Below are positions 19,666 to 28,986 of a stretch of DNA of 64,000 nucleotides, piece after piece (position 1 is the first letter of the stretch; the number at the start of each line of letters is the position of its first letter). Location of the stretch: NCBI GenBank assembly GCA_963850555.1, contig CAWKLT010000022.1:66543-130542 (forward strand), given 5' to 3'. The stretch is from an uncultured Chloroflexia bacterium (GTDB lineage Bacteria > Chloroflexota > Limnocylindria > Limnocylindrales > CSP1-4). Below the pieces are notes generated by a model. That model made no database searches. It was not told the origin of the DNA and saw only the letters and a list, made by a program, of their open reading frames with translations. Both the position numbers and the translations under genes were made by a program.

Positions 19666-19684
19666 GTAACGGCGGGGACCGCCG

Positions 19685-20407
19685 GTGATCCCGCTTCGCG
19701 ACGCGAATCCGACGCGCAGCACGCCGATCGTCACGGTCGCGCTCATCGTCGCCTGCTTCGTGGCATTCGCCTTCGAGCTGGGCCGGCTCGCGAGCGGCGG
19801 GACGGAGGCCCTGGATGCATTCGTGACCGAATGGGGGATCGTGCCCGCGGAGCTCACCGCGGCCTGGTCCTCCGGGTCGGCCCTGACGGTCGAGACCCTG
19901 ACCTTGATCACCAGCCAGTTCCTGCACGGCGGCTGGCTGCATCTGCTCGGGAACCTGCTGTTCCTGTGGATCTTCGGCAACAACGTGGAGGATCGGCTGG
20001 GTCGGTTCCGGTTCCTGCTCTTCTACCTGGTGGGCGGCGCGGTCGCCGGGCTGACCCAGGTCGCGATCGATCCGGACTCGACGATCCCGACGATCGGCGC
20101 CTCGGGCGCGATCGCGGCCACGCTCGGGGCCTACCTCGTGCTCTTCCCGCGGGCGCGCATCACGTCGCTCGTGTTCCTGGGCTTCTTCTACCAGCTGATC
20201 GACGTCCCGGCGGTCATCGTGCTCGTGTTCTGGTTCGCGCTCCAGCTCATCGACGGGCTGGCGTCGATCGGCGTCACCGACACCGCCGGCGGCGGAGTCG
20301 CCTTCTTCGCCCACATCGGTGGGTTCGTGTTCGGGGCCGCCGTGGGACTCGTCCTCAACGCCGTCGGGCGGCGCCGCGGGCCGGCCGTCCCGGCCGCCGT
20401 GGGATAA
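19685..20407 (+). CDS. rhomboid-family intramembrane serine protease
   Basis: ORF 19685..20407. Contains 'FLHGGWLHLLGNLLFLWIFGNNVE', catalytic 'GASGAIAATLGAY' and 'AHIGGFVFG'. Confidence 0.9.
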   Translation: MIPLRDANPTRSTPIVTVALIVACFVAFAFELGRLASGGTEALDAFVTEWGIVPAELTAAWSSGSALTVETLTLITSQFLHGGWLHLLGNLLFLWIFGNNVEDRLGRFRFLLFYLVGGAVAGLTQVAIDPDSTIPTIGASGAIAATLGAYLVLFPRARITSLVFLGFFYQLIDVPAVIVLVFWFALQLIDGLASIGVTDTAGGGVAFFAHIGGFVFGAAVGLVLNAVGRRRGPAVPAAVG

Positions 20408-20414
20408 TCGCCGC

Positions 20415-20966
20415 ATGGACGACGGGCTGATCGAGATGGTCGTCGAGAGTGTGCGCGTCCACATGCTCTCCAGCCGCCACGTCGTGATCCTCAAGGAGAC
20501 GGGGCGCGAGCGCTATCTCCCCATCTGGATCGGGCCGTGGGAGGCGAGCTCGATCGCGATGCGACTCCAGGGCCTGACCCCGGAGCGGCCGCTCACCCAC
20601 GACCTGTTCGCGAGCACGCTCGAGGCGCTGGACGCGACGGTGGCGCGCGTCGTCATCTCGGACATGGTCGACGAGACGTACCACGCCCGGCTGTTCGTGG
20701 AGCGGGACGGCAAGCTCGGCGAGATCGACGCGCGGCCGTCCGACGCGCTCGCGCTGGCGGTCCGGGTGGGTGCCCCGATCTTCGCGGTCCCGTCCGTGCT
20801 GGACCTGGCCGGCCTCGGCGCCGAGGGCGGACTGGGCGTCGACGAGGACGGCGAGCCGATCGAGTCGACCGGCGAGGGCGGGGTCGTCGATCCGCGGCTC
20901 GACGTGTTCCGCGACTTCGTGAATTCGCTCGACGTCGACCAGGAGCAGGAGGGCCGCGGGAGCTGA
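20415..20966 (+). CDS. bifunctional nuclease (DUF151/BFN) family protein
   Basis: ATG 20415 inside ORF 20319..20966. Contains 'HVVILKETGRERYLPIWIGPWEASSIAMRLQGLTPERPLTHDL...ARPSDALALAVRVGAPIF'. Confidence 0.8.
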   Translation: MDDGLIEMVVESVRVHMLSSRHVVILKETGRERYLPIWIGPWEASSIAMRLQGLTPERPLTHDLFASTLEALDATVARVVISDMVDETYHARLFVERDGKLGEIDARPSDALALAVRVGAPIFAVPSVLDLAGLGAEGGLGVDEDGEPIESTGEGGVVDPRLDVFRDFVNSLDVDQEQEGRGS

Positions 20967-20985
20967 CCCGGGCTGACCCGGGGAG

Positions 20986-21804
20986 CTAGGCCGCGGGGTC
21001 GGCCGGTGGCGGTGCCTGGATCGGCCCGCCGCGCCGGAGCGCACGCTCGCGGTTGACCCACATGTACAGCCGCAGGCGCCAGAAGTCGCGTACCGCGCGG
21101 AGGATCACCTGTGGCTTGGCGCCCGTGGGCGACCCTGCGGTCCGCGCGTAGTGAGGCACGCCGACCTCGACCGTCGTGCGGCCGGCCGCCTTCAGCTTGA
21201 TCAGCAGCTCGGCGGAGAAGAACGCCCCCTCCGACTCGACACGCACGCCATCGAGCGCTTCGCTGCGGAAGAGCTTGCAGGCACAGTCGACGTCGGTCAC
21301 GCGCAGCCCGAAGAAGATGCGGTTGGCCAGTCGGTAGGCCTTGGCGTAGATCGTCCGGATCAGCGGATCGGCTCGCGCGATGCGGTAGCCGGCAACGACG
21401 TCGGGGGCGTCCGGCTCGGCGAATCGCGCCGTCAGGCGGCCGAGGTCGACGACCTGGAACTGGCGGTCCCCGTCCGTGAAGGCGACGAGCTCGAAGCGGG
21501 CGGCGCCGAATCCGGACCGCAGGGCACCGCCGTAGCCACGGTTGACCGGGTGATGCACGGCGCGCACGACGCCAGGGTGGCTGGCCGTCAGCTCGTCGGC
21601 GATCGCCTGGGTGCGGTCACGGGACCCGTCGTTGACGACGATGATCTCGAACGTGTCGGCGAGGGTCGGGAGGACCGCCAGGGCTTCTTCGACGAGCCCG
21701 GCCACGTTGGCCTCCTCGTTGTGGGCCGGAAAGAAGTACGACAGGCGTGCGACCCGCTTCGGGTCCGGCAGGTTCGCGTCGGTCACGTCGGTGGTGGCTC
21801 CCAT
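20986..21804 (-). CDS. GT2 polyprenyl-phosphate glycosyltransferase (Dpm1/Ppm1/ArnC-like)
   Basis: ORF 20986..21804. Contains 'LSYFFPAHNEEANV', 'IIVVNDGSRDRT', 'FTDGDRQF' (DxD) and 'CACKLFR'. Confidence 0.85.
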   Translation of the reverse strand: MGATTDVTDANLPDPKRVARLSYFFPAHNEEANVAGLVEEALAVLPTLADTFEIIVVNDGSRDRTQAIADELTASHPGVVRAVHHPVNRGYGGALRSGFGAARFELVAFTDGDRQFQVVDLGRLTARFAEPDAPDVVAGYRIARADPLIRTIYAKAYRLANRIFFGLRVTDVDCACKLFRSEALDGVRVESEGAFFSAELLIKLKAAGRTTVEVGVPHYARTAGSPTGAKPQVILRAVRDFWRLRLYMWVNRERALRRGGPIQAPPPADPAA

Positions 21805-21895
21805 GCGAGATCGAGGCCCGTTCGGTCGTCGATGACCGTCAGGTCGGGTCGCTGGTCCTCGATGTGTTGTGCGTAACCATAGCGGCGGGTCGCAC

Positions 21896-23353
21896 TCACC
21901 ACCCGAGGTGGGTCGCCCAGACCACGCCCCAGGCGTTGACGGCGATCGAAACGACGATGAGGCCCATCGCGAGCGGCATCGCCCAGCGGCGGGTGCCGTC
22001 CGCCATCCGCTCGAGACCCAGGGCCACCAGCGGGAGGGCGAACGGGGCGGCGTCGTTGCTGAAGCGATAGCCGAACTGGACCCAGCCCTGGCTGAAGTGC
22101 ATGAGATCGAGCAGCACGACGAGCAGGACCGCCAGTGCGGCGCCCGTCACCAGGCGGCTGCGGCCGTAGCGACGCAGGGCCGGGATCATCAGCAGGTACG
22201 CGGGGCTCGTCAGCAGGACGCTCATCCCGACGTCCCGCGGCAGGGCGAACGGGCAGTCCGCGTCGAAGAGGCCGCGCTGCGCCCCCTCCGCGGTGCACAG
22301 GGGCTCGTCGATCGTGCCCAGCGTGTCCTGCCGCCGTTCGGGCAGGATCTCGGGGGTCGACAGGAACATGATCCCCAGGTTCTGGGCGAGATAGCGCGGA
22401 TCCTCGGCGGACCATTCCGGGTGATAGTCGAGCGCGACGTAGGCGCGGGCCTCGAGCTGGTAGAGATGGTCGTAGGCCGGGTGGAACACCTGCCCGGTGA
22501 CCGCGACGTTGTAGGCGAGCAGGGCGCCGACCGGGATGGCCGCCCCGAGGCCCGCCGACCAGCCGCGGCGCCACCAGGTCCCGCCGGACCCGACGAGGAG
22601 GAAGAACGGGGCAGCGACCAGCGTCGACAGGCGGGCGGTCGCCGCCAGCCCGAACAGCAGGCCCACGACGAACTGGCGTCGGTCGACGGCGAGACGGTGT
22701 CTGGCGGGTCGCGGGGCAGCCGCGTCGTCGGAGCCGTCCGCTTCGGCGGCCCCGTGCGCCTGACCGGCTCCGCCGGCCTCCTCGGGCCCGCCGAGACCCG
22801 GCTGGTCGGCTTGTGACGCAGGGTCCGCCCGGATCGCCAGCCCGACAGCCAGCAGCGCCAGCCCGACCGCGACGATATGGGCCTGGTACCAGGTCGTCGC
22901 GAGCTGGGCCGTGTACCAGAACACCGTTCCGAACGCGAAGAACAGCGTGGTCGCCAGGCGCACGACCGGCTGGATGCGCAGGCCGCCGAGCATCCACCAG
23001 CAGATCGCCACGTCGACGGCGGCGAGGATCGTGAAGATCGTCTGGTCGTCGGCCGACAGCCCCCACGCCGCGACGAACGGGACCAGGAACAGGGCCGGCA
23101 AGGGCGGGAACGGGATCAGGCCACGCGGGACGCCGTCACTCGAGGTGACCGGCAACACGTCTTGGAAGAATGCATTGCCGAAGCTCGTGGCGGAGCCCGA
23201 GACGGGATAGCGGATGGCCGCCTGCCCCTCGAGGAAGGCGGCCGCCTGCCACACGAAATGGTCGTAGAAGCGGTCGACCTGTGTCGTGAGGTACACGCCC
23301 AGCGCGACGACGGCGAGCAGGACCCCCACGGCGATGGCGAGCCGTCGATCCAT
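21896..23353 (-). CDS. GT-C-fold polytopic membrane glycosyltransferase (ArnT/PMT-like)
   Basis: ATG 23353 ('MDRRLAIAVGVLLAVVALGVYL') inside ORF 21896..23518, intact 485 aa. Many TM segments and aromatic-rich loops. Lies directly upstream of the GT2 donor synthase. Confidence 0.65.
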   Translation of the reverse strand: MDRRLAIAVGVLLAVVALGVYLTTQVDRFYDHFVWQAAAFLEGQAAIRYPVSGSATSFGNAFFQDVLPVTSSDGVPRGLIPFPPLPALFLVPFVAAWGLSADDQTIFTILAAVDVAICWWMLGGLRIQPVVRLATTLFFAFGTVFWYTAQLATTWYQAHIVAVGLALLAVGLAIRADPASQADQPGLGGPEEAGGAGQAHGAAEADGSDDAAAPRPARHRLAVDRRQFVVGLLFGLAATARLSTLVAAPFFLLVGSGGTWWRRGWSAGLGAAIPVGALLAYNVAVTGQVFHPAYDHLYQLEARAYVALDYHPEWSAEDPRYLAQNLGIMFLSTPEILPERRQDTLGTIDEPLCTAEGAQRGLFDADCPFALPRDVGMSVLLTSPAYLLMIPALRRYGRSRLVTGAALAVLLVVLLDLMHFSQGWVQFGYRFSNDAAPFALPLVALGLERMADGTRRWAMPLAMGLIVVSIAVNAWGVVWATHLGW

Positions 23354-23512
23354 CGGTGCGCCGGCGCGCCGGCCCACCAGGGGGTCGTCCGGGTTGCCCT
23401 GTGCTACGCTCAGATTCACCTTCCACGCTCGTGCAGGAGCCGTTTCCCGGTGACTGGCCCCGTATCCGGTGGGTACGAGCGAGGCACGGGAGCGCCGTCT
23501 CGGTCGACCGGG

Positions 23513-25290
23513 ATGCAAGGGACCCTTGGCGCGATCCTGATCGTCCTCGCGCTCGGTCTCGCCCTCCGCCTCATTCTGGCATACCTCCTCCCCGGGTCCG
23601 GGTTCGACGCCGACCTGAGCTCATTCCGATTCTGGGCGGACAACCTGGCCGACAACGGGCTGTACGGCTTCTACCAGCGCGACTTCTTCCACGACTACAC
23701 GCCCGGATACCTGTACGTCCTGTGGCTCGTCGGGACCGTCGGCAACGCGCTCGGCGGCATCGGCGACCTCATCAAGATCCCGCCCATCCTCGCCGACCTC
23801 GCGGTCGGGTACCTCGTCTGGTCGATGATCCGCGAGCTCGGCGGACGCGAGCGGCTCGCGTTGCTCGGGGCCGTGGTCGTGGTCGTCAACCCGGTGTTCT
23901 GGTTCGACAACGTCGTCTGGGGGCAGGTCGACTCGGTCGGGGTCGTCTTCGTGCTTCTCGCCCTGCGCTCGTTGTGGCGAGACCAGCCCGAACGCGCCGC
24001 CGATCTTTACGGTCATCGCGGCGCTCGTGAAGCCCCAGCTCGGGATCCTGGTGCCGCTCGTCGCCGTCGTGACGATCCGTCGGGCGCTCTGGCCGGTCGA
24101 GACCTGATCCCGGCGGCATCGAGGACGTCGGCGTTCCAGGGCGACGGCCTCCTCGACCGGGTGCGGGCATGGGAGGCGCGGACGGACCATCCGCTGCGAA
24201 TCCTCACGACCGGGGTGGCGGGCTTCCTGACGGCCGTCCTCCTGTGCCTGCCGTTCGGCCTGTCGGTCCTGGAGCCGGCGGCCTCCGCGCCGTTCTTCAG
24301 CGTCCGGGCTGATCGACCAGATCGTCATCGCGGGCGGTGGATATCCGTACCTCACGGTCAACGCCTACAACGCCTGGGCGGTCGTGCCGAGCGACCTGGG
24401 CAACAGCCTCGCCAGCGCCGGCCTGTGGGTCTGCGACGCCGGGTCGATACCGGCGGACCAGTGCGGCGCGGGCGTGGCGGTCTTCGGCGCCGTGCCGGCG
24501 GTCGCCGTGGGTGCGGTCCTGCTGATCGCGTCCTTCGTGGCCGCGCTCTGGGTGGCCGCTCGCCATCCCGATCGACTGACGCTGCTCGTGGTGCTGGCGG
24601 TCCTCGCGCTCGCGTTCTTCGCCCTGCCGACCCGCGTGCACGAGCGCTACGGCTTCCCGTTCTTCGCGTTGGGCGCGATCCTCTTCGCGATCTCACCGCG
24701 CTGGCGAGTCGCGTACGTGGTCCTCGCCATCGCGACGTTCGCCAACATGTACGTCGTCCTCACCACGCTCTATCCGCCCGAGTTCCCCGACCAGAACGCC
24801 GTCCGCGACTGGCTGGCCATCGGGCCGTTCCTCCGCTCACAGGCCGCGGTGACGATCGTCGCGATCATGCATACGGCGGCGTTCGGCTGGGCCGCGCTCC
24901 AGTTGCGAGCGAGCGCCCGCGAACGACTCGCGGACGAGCTGGCGGAGGGGCGGCTCGCGGACGACGTGCGCGAACGATCGATCCTCCCCGGCGCGGGCTT
25001 CCTGGCGGGGATCCGGGGCCGCGCTGGCGGCCGGGACACGGCCGGCGAATCGGGCTTGGCCGGCGGGAGCGCCGCCGTAGGATGGCCCGCGGCGCACGGT
25101 GCCCGAGGCGTCGACCCGGCCCTCGCGACCGGCGCCGCCGCCGCCGCGGCCGACGGCTCGACGCCCGACCTGCCCACGTGGAGCACGCGTGCCTCGCTCG
25201 CCGACAGCGGCCTCGTCGGCTGGATCCGGGCGCGCCTCGCCGAACGCCCGGTGCGGGCGGATCGGAGCCGGATGCTCCTCCGGCGAGGGC
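23513..25290 (+). pseudogene. GT-C-fold membrane glycosyl/mannosyltransferase (Gpi18/COG5542-like); three internal frame changes plus one at its 3' junction
   Basis: Starts 'MQGTLGAILIVLALGLALRLILAYLLPGSGFDADLSSFRFWADNLADNGLYGFYQRDFFHDYTPGYLYVLWLVG' (frame of ORF 22877). Continues as 'IFTVIAALVKPQLGILVPLVAVVTIRRALWPVE', 'DGLLDRVRAWEARTDHPLRILTTGVAGFLTAVLLCLPFG' and 'GLIDQIVIAGGGYPYLTVNAYNAWAVVP...RVHERYGFPFFALGAI' (ORF 24384). Frame switches lie near 24000, 24105, 24300 and 25290. Confidence 0.6.
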
Positions 25291-28200
25291 GGCGGGCGAC
25301 TGGACCGCCTCGACGCGTGGATCCTGATCGTCCTGCTGCTGGCGACGCTCGGGATGCGGACCTTCCGCCTGGAAGAGCCGTACCAGCCGCATTTCGACGA
25401 GGTCTATCACGCCCGGACGGCCATGGAGTTCCTGCAGGACTGGCGGTACGGCGAGTCCCACGACATCTACGAGTGGACCCATCCGCACCTCGCCAAGTAC
25501 GCGATGGCCGCGGGACTGGTGCTGTGGGGCGAGGACCACGTCTCGGGGACGGGCGATCTGGGCACCCCGATCGCGGCCGCCGCCATCGAGCCGCGACGGG
25601 AAGACCCAGTGACCGGCGAGCGTGCGGGCGAGCGCCTTCACCTGGCGACCGGCACCGAGATCCGGACCGATGACCTGCGGACGCGTCGGACCGTCAGCAC
25701 GTTCGCGGCCCCGGGTTCGTCGGCGCTGGCCATCGACGACTCGGCGGAGCAGCTCCTGATCGGCTTCGACGACGGCAGGATCGCGACGGTCGACCTGGCG
25801 ATCATCGGCCTCGACGGGGTGGACAGCGGCGTCGAGCCGATCCCGCTCGCGACCGTGGACCACCCGGTGACGCACCTGCTCGCGTCCGAGGACGGCCTGG
25901 CGATCATCGCCGCCTCCGACGACCGCCTGAGCGTCGTCGATCCCGCCACCGGCGACGTCACCGGCACGCTCGACCTGGCCGGCATCGCCGACCTGGCGAC
26001 GGCCGGGTCCGGGCCGGCCCTGGTCGCCACGCCCGACTCCATCGACGAACCGACCGCCGTCGCCGCCGTGCTCGCCGAGATCCTCGAGGCCGATGCCGCC
26101 GAGTTCGAGACCCTCCTCGCCGATGCGGCCCCGGGCACGACGGTCATCCTGGGCAGCCCGGGGGACGACGATGCGACCCGGACCGAGATCGACGAGGCGA
26201 TCGCCGATGGCCGGCTGGCCGGCATCGAGGTCCTCGACGTGTCGCGCGTGGCGGTGGCCGATGCCGGTGGCATCACCTTCATCGACCCGGCGACGGCCGA
26301 TGTCTCGAGCACGATCGGGATGGCCGGCGGGGCGCACGGGCTCGCCTACGTGACCGGCATCGACGACCCGAAGCTGTACGTGACCGCCGGTGGCGCCGAC
26401 GACCCGGGCTACGAGCTCGTGGCGGTCGGAGGCGACAGCGCGAAGAACGGACCGGTCAAGGTCGGTGGGCGGCATCCGCTGCCGGGCGAGGGGTCGCGCG
26501 TGGTGTACAACGACGCCACGCAGCAGATCCATGTCCTGGGGCGCGCGTTCGCGCCGGATGGGGCGGTCGGTGGCGAGGCCGACGGATGGACGGTCTACGT
26601 CATCGAGCCGCACGGCAATCCCGCCGCGAATGCGGTCTTCGCCGACGCCCTCCTGCCGGCTGACCTGGAGCCCGCGGCGTGGGCGCTCGACGCCGAAGCG
26701 GACTACCCCGCCGAGGACCGCCAGGAGCTCCACGTCTTCGGGGCGGACGGGCAGATGGCCACGATCCCGACCGGTTCGCACGCGTTCGCGTGGCGGCTGC
26801 CCGGCGTCATCGCCGGCGCGCTGATGGCGGCCTGCCTGTACCTCCTCGCCCGGATCCTGTTCGCGCGGCGGCTCGTCGCCGGCCTGGTCGCCGCGTTCGC
26901 GCTCGTCGATGGCATGTTCTTCGTGCAGTCCCGGATCGGCATGAACGACGTCTACGTCGGGCTGTTCATCGTCGCCGCCTACACGGTCTTCGCGGCCCTC
27001 TGGACGGGCTGGTGGCGCTGGCGCGGCGCGTTCTGGGTCGCGATGCCCGTCATCGGCGTGTTGCTCGGTCTCGCCCTGGCCTCGAAGTGGGTCGCCGCGT
27101 ACGCCATCGGCGCCATGGCGCTGCTGCTGCTCGTGCGGAGCGCCCTTGGTCGCGTCGTGGCGATCCTGGGCCTGATCGCGATCACCAGCGTCCTCGGCTA
27201 CCTCGCGATCAGCGTCCCCGAGGGCCAGGGCCTGGGCAACCTCCCGTTCCTCGCGATGATGGTCGGGCTGACGTTGGTCGCGGTCGTCGCCGCCGTGTTC
27301 CACCCGATCGCCTGGACCGACGACGAGATGCGATTCGCGGTCATCGCCCCGGCCGCGCTCGGAGCCCTGCTGTTCTTCGGCACCCTGGCGTTGGGACGGC
27401 TCGACATCCCCGTGACCGTGGGGCCCGTGGTGGTCACCCCGCTGCTCGTCGCGATCCTCGCCGCGCTCGGCTCGCTGGTCGTCTACATGGTCTTTCGGTT
27501 CGCGGGCGGGATCGGGTACGGACCGCTGGCCGGACCGCGGGCGCCCGGCGACCCGCTGCGTGCCCTGGAACCGCCTGCGCCGCCTCCGGACGGCTGGCTA
27601 CGGCCCGGATGGCTCCTGGGCCTGCCGCTGGCCTGGGCGGCCCTCTGCCTCGTTCTGATCCCGGTCGGCCTGTACGTCGTGAGCTACCTGCCGTGGGCGT
27701 ACGTCGAGAACCATCAGCTGTGGGAGGGCTTCCCGGCCGGGCATACCGGTCAGACCCTGGTCGACCTGACCGCGTCGATGTACGGCTACCACAGCGGCCT
27801 GGCCACGGGCCACCCGGCGTCGTCGCCCTGGTGGGCGTGGCCGTTCGACCTCAAGCCCGTGTGGTTCTACCAGGACGGCTTCGCCGGTTCGACGAGCGCC
27901 GCCATCTACGACGCCGGCAACCTCGTGATCTGGTGGCTGGGGACCGTGGCGCTCGGCTTCGTGGCGATCATGGCGTTCCGGCGCCGCAGCCTGGCGCTGG
28001 CGCTCATCGGCATCGCGTTCGCCGCCCAGTGGGTGTCCTGGTCGCGGATCGACCGGGCCGCGTTCCAGTACCACTACTACACGGCCCTGCCGTTCGTGAT
28101 CCTCGCGCTCGCCTACCTCGTCGCCGAGCTGTGGCACGGGCCGTCACGCCGGACGTGGCTGGTCGTCCGGCTGGCTGGGGCCGCGGCGATCGTGGCGCCG

Positions 28201-28986
28201 GCCGCCCTGTGGGTCCTGCATCGTCCGCTGTGCGCGTTCGTCGGGGTCGAACGCGCCAACCCCGGCTCCCAGGCATGCCCGGCGGTCATCCCCGATCTCG
28301 TCCTGACCCTGCAAACGGCCGGGCTGCTCGGGGTCGTCGTGGTCGGGGCGGTGCTCCTGGGGCGCGGATTGCTGGCGATGGAGCGCCGCGGCGACGGGCG
28401 CGATCGGTACGACGCCGAACCCGACGATGCGCGCGTGTCGGAATCGCTGCCGGACTCCGGGATCCGGCGGCTGGTCATCACCGCGATCGGGGTCGCCCTG
28501 GCCATGGCCGCCACGGCGTTCCTGCCCGATGTCGCGCTCCTGACCCTCACCAACGTCCCGGTCGAGCCGATCGCCCTGGTCGTCGCGATCCCGCTCGTCT
28601 TCCTGGCCGCGCAGGTCGTCGCCGCCCGTGATGCACGCCGGTACGTCGTCGGGCTGCTCGTCGCCGCCGTCGGCTGGTTCGTCGTGTTCTATCCGAACAT
28701 CGCGGCCCTGCCGTTGCCGTCGACGATCGTCAATGCCTACCAGGGCCTGCTGCCGACCTACCTGTATGCGTTCCAGTTCCCGGTCAGCGACGTGGCGCGC
28801 AACGTCGACACGCCGCTGCTGAGCGGGACCTTCGCGATCCTGACGATCGCCATCGGGGTGACGTGCCTGGTGGTCGCCTACTCCGCTTCGGTGTGGCGGC
28901 TGGCGCTCGCGGAGTCCAACGCCGCGGCGGGCTCCGGCTCGGGCGACGGCGCGGACGGCCTCGCTCGCACCGAAGGGGGCGCCTGA
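25291..28986 (+). CDS. PMT-family (GT39-like) polyprenyl-phosphate-mannose-dependent protein mannosyltransferase with a ~420 aa repeat-rich insertion
   Basis: ORF 25099..28986, intact. PMT signature 'RLEEPYQPHFDEVYHARTAMEFL' and 'EWTHPHLAKYAMAAGLVLWG', then 'WRLPGVIAGALMAACLYLLARILF...FFVQSRIGMNDVY' and more than 15 further TM segments. Codon third-position bias shows that 25099-25290 is coded in the upstream gene's frame, so the real start or junction is near 25290. Confidence 0.8.
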   Translation, partial: GGRLDRLDAWILIVLLLATLGMRTFRLEEPYQPHFDEVYHARTAMEFLQDWRYGESHDIYEWTHPHLAKYAMAAGLVLWGEDHVSGTGDLGTPIAAAAIEPRREDPVTGERAGERLHLATGTEIRTDDLRTRRTVSTFAAPGSSALAIDDSAEQLLIGFDDGRIATVDLAIIGLDGVDSGVEPIPLATVDHPVTHLLASEDGLAIIAASDDRLSVVDPATGDVTGTLDLAGIADLATAGSGPALVATPDSIDEPTAVAAVLAEILEADAAEFETLLADAAPGTTVILGSPGDDDATRTEIDEAIADGRLAGIEVLDVSRVAVADAGGITFIDPATADVSSTIGMAGGAHGLAYVTGIDDPKLYVTAGGADDPGYELVAVGGDSAKNGPVKVGGRHPLPGEGSRVVYNDATQQIHVLGRAFAPDGAVGGEADGWTVYVIEPHGNPAANAVFADALLPADLEPAAWALDAEADYPAEDRQELHVFGADGQMATIPTGSHAFAWRLPGVIAGALMAACLYLLARILFARRLVAGLVAAFALVDGMFFVQSRIGMNDVYVGLFIVAAYTVFAALWTGWWRWRGAFWVAMPVIGVLLGLALASKWVAAYAIGAMALLLLVRSALGRVVAILGLIAITSVLGYLAISVPEGQGLGNLPFLAMMVGLTLVAVVAAVFHPIAWTDDEMRFAVIAPAALGALLFFGTLALGRLDIPVTVGPVVVTPLLVAILAALGSLVVYMVFRFAGGIGYGPLAGPRAPGDPLRALEPPAPPPDGWLRPGWLLGLPLAWAALCLVLIPVGLYVVSYLPWAYVENHQLWEGFPAGHTGQTLVDLTASMYGYHSGLATGHPASSPWWAWPFDLKPVWFYQDGFAGSTSAAIYDAGNLVIWWLGTVALGFVAIMAFRRRSLALALIGIAFAAQWVSWSRIDRAAFQYHYYTALPFVILALAYLVAELWHGPSRRTWLVVRLAGAAAIVAPAALWVLHRPLCAFVGVERANPGSQACPAVIPDLVLTLQTAGLLGVVVVGAVLLGRGLLAMERRGDGRDRYDAEPDDARVSESLPDSGIRRLVITAIGVALAMAATAFLPDVALLTLTNVPVEPIALVVAIPLVFLAAQVVAARDARRYVVGLLVAAVGWFVVFYPNIAALPLPSTIVNAYQGLLPTYLYAFQFPVSDVARNVDTPLLSGTFAILTIAIGVTCLVVAYSASVWRLALAESNAAAGSGSGDGADGLARTEGGA

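Noticed and set aside
25099-25290. GTG 25099 as the start of the PMT-type gene, giving the N-terminus 'MPEASTRPSRPAPPPPRPTARR...'.
   Set aside because: In this stretch, G/C third-position bias and protein-like sequence ('STPDLPTWSTRASLADSGLVGWIRARLAERP') belong to the upstream gene's frame. The 25099 frame looks real only from about 25290.
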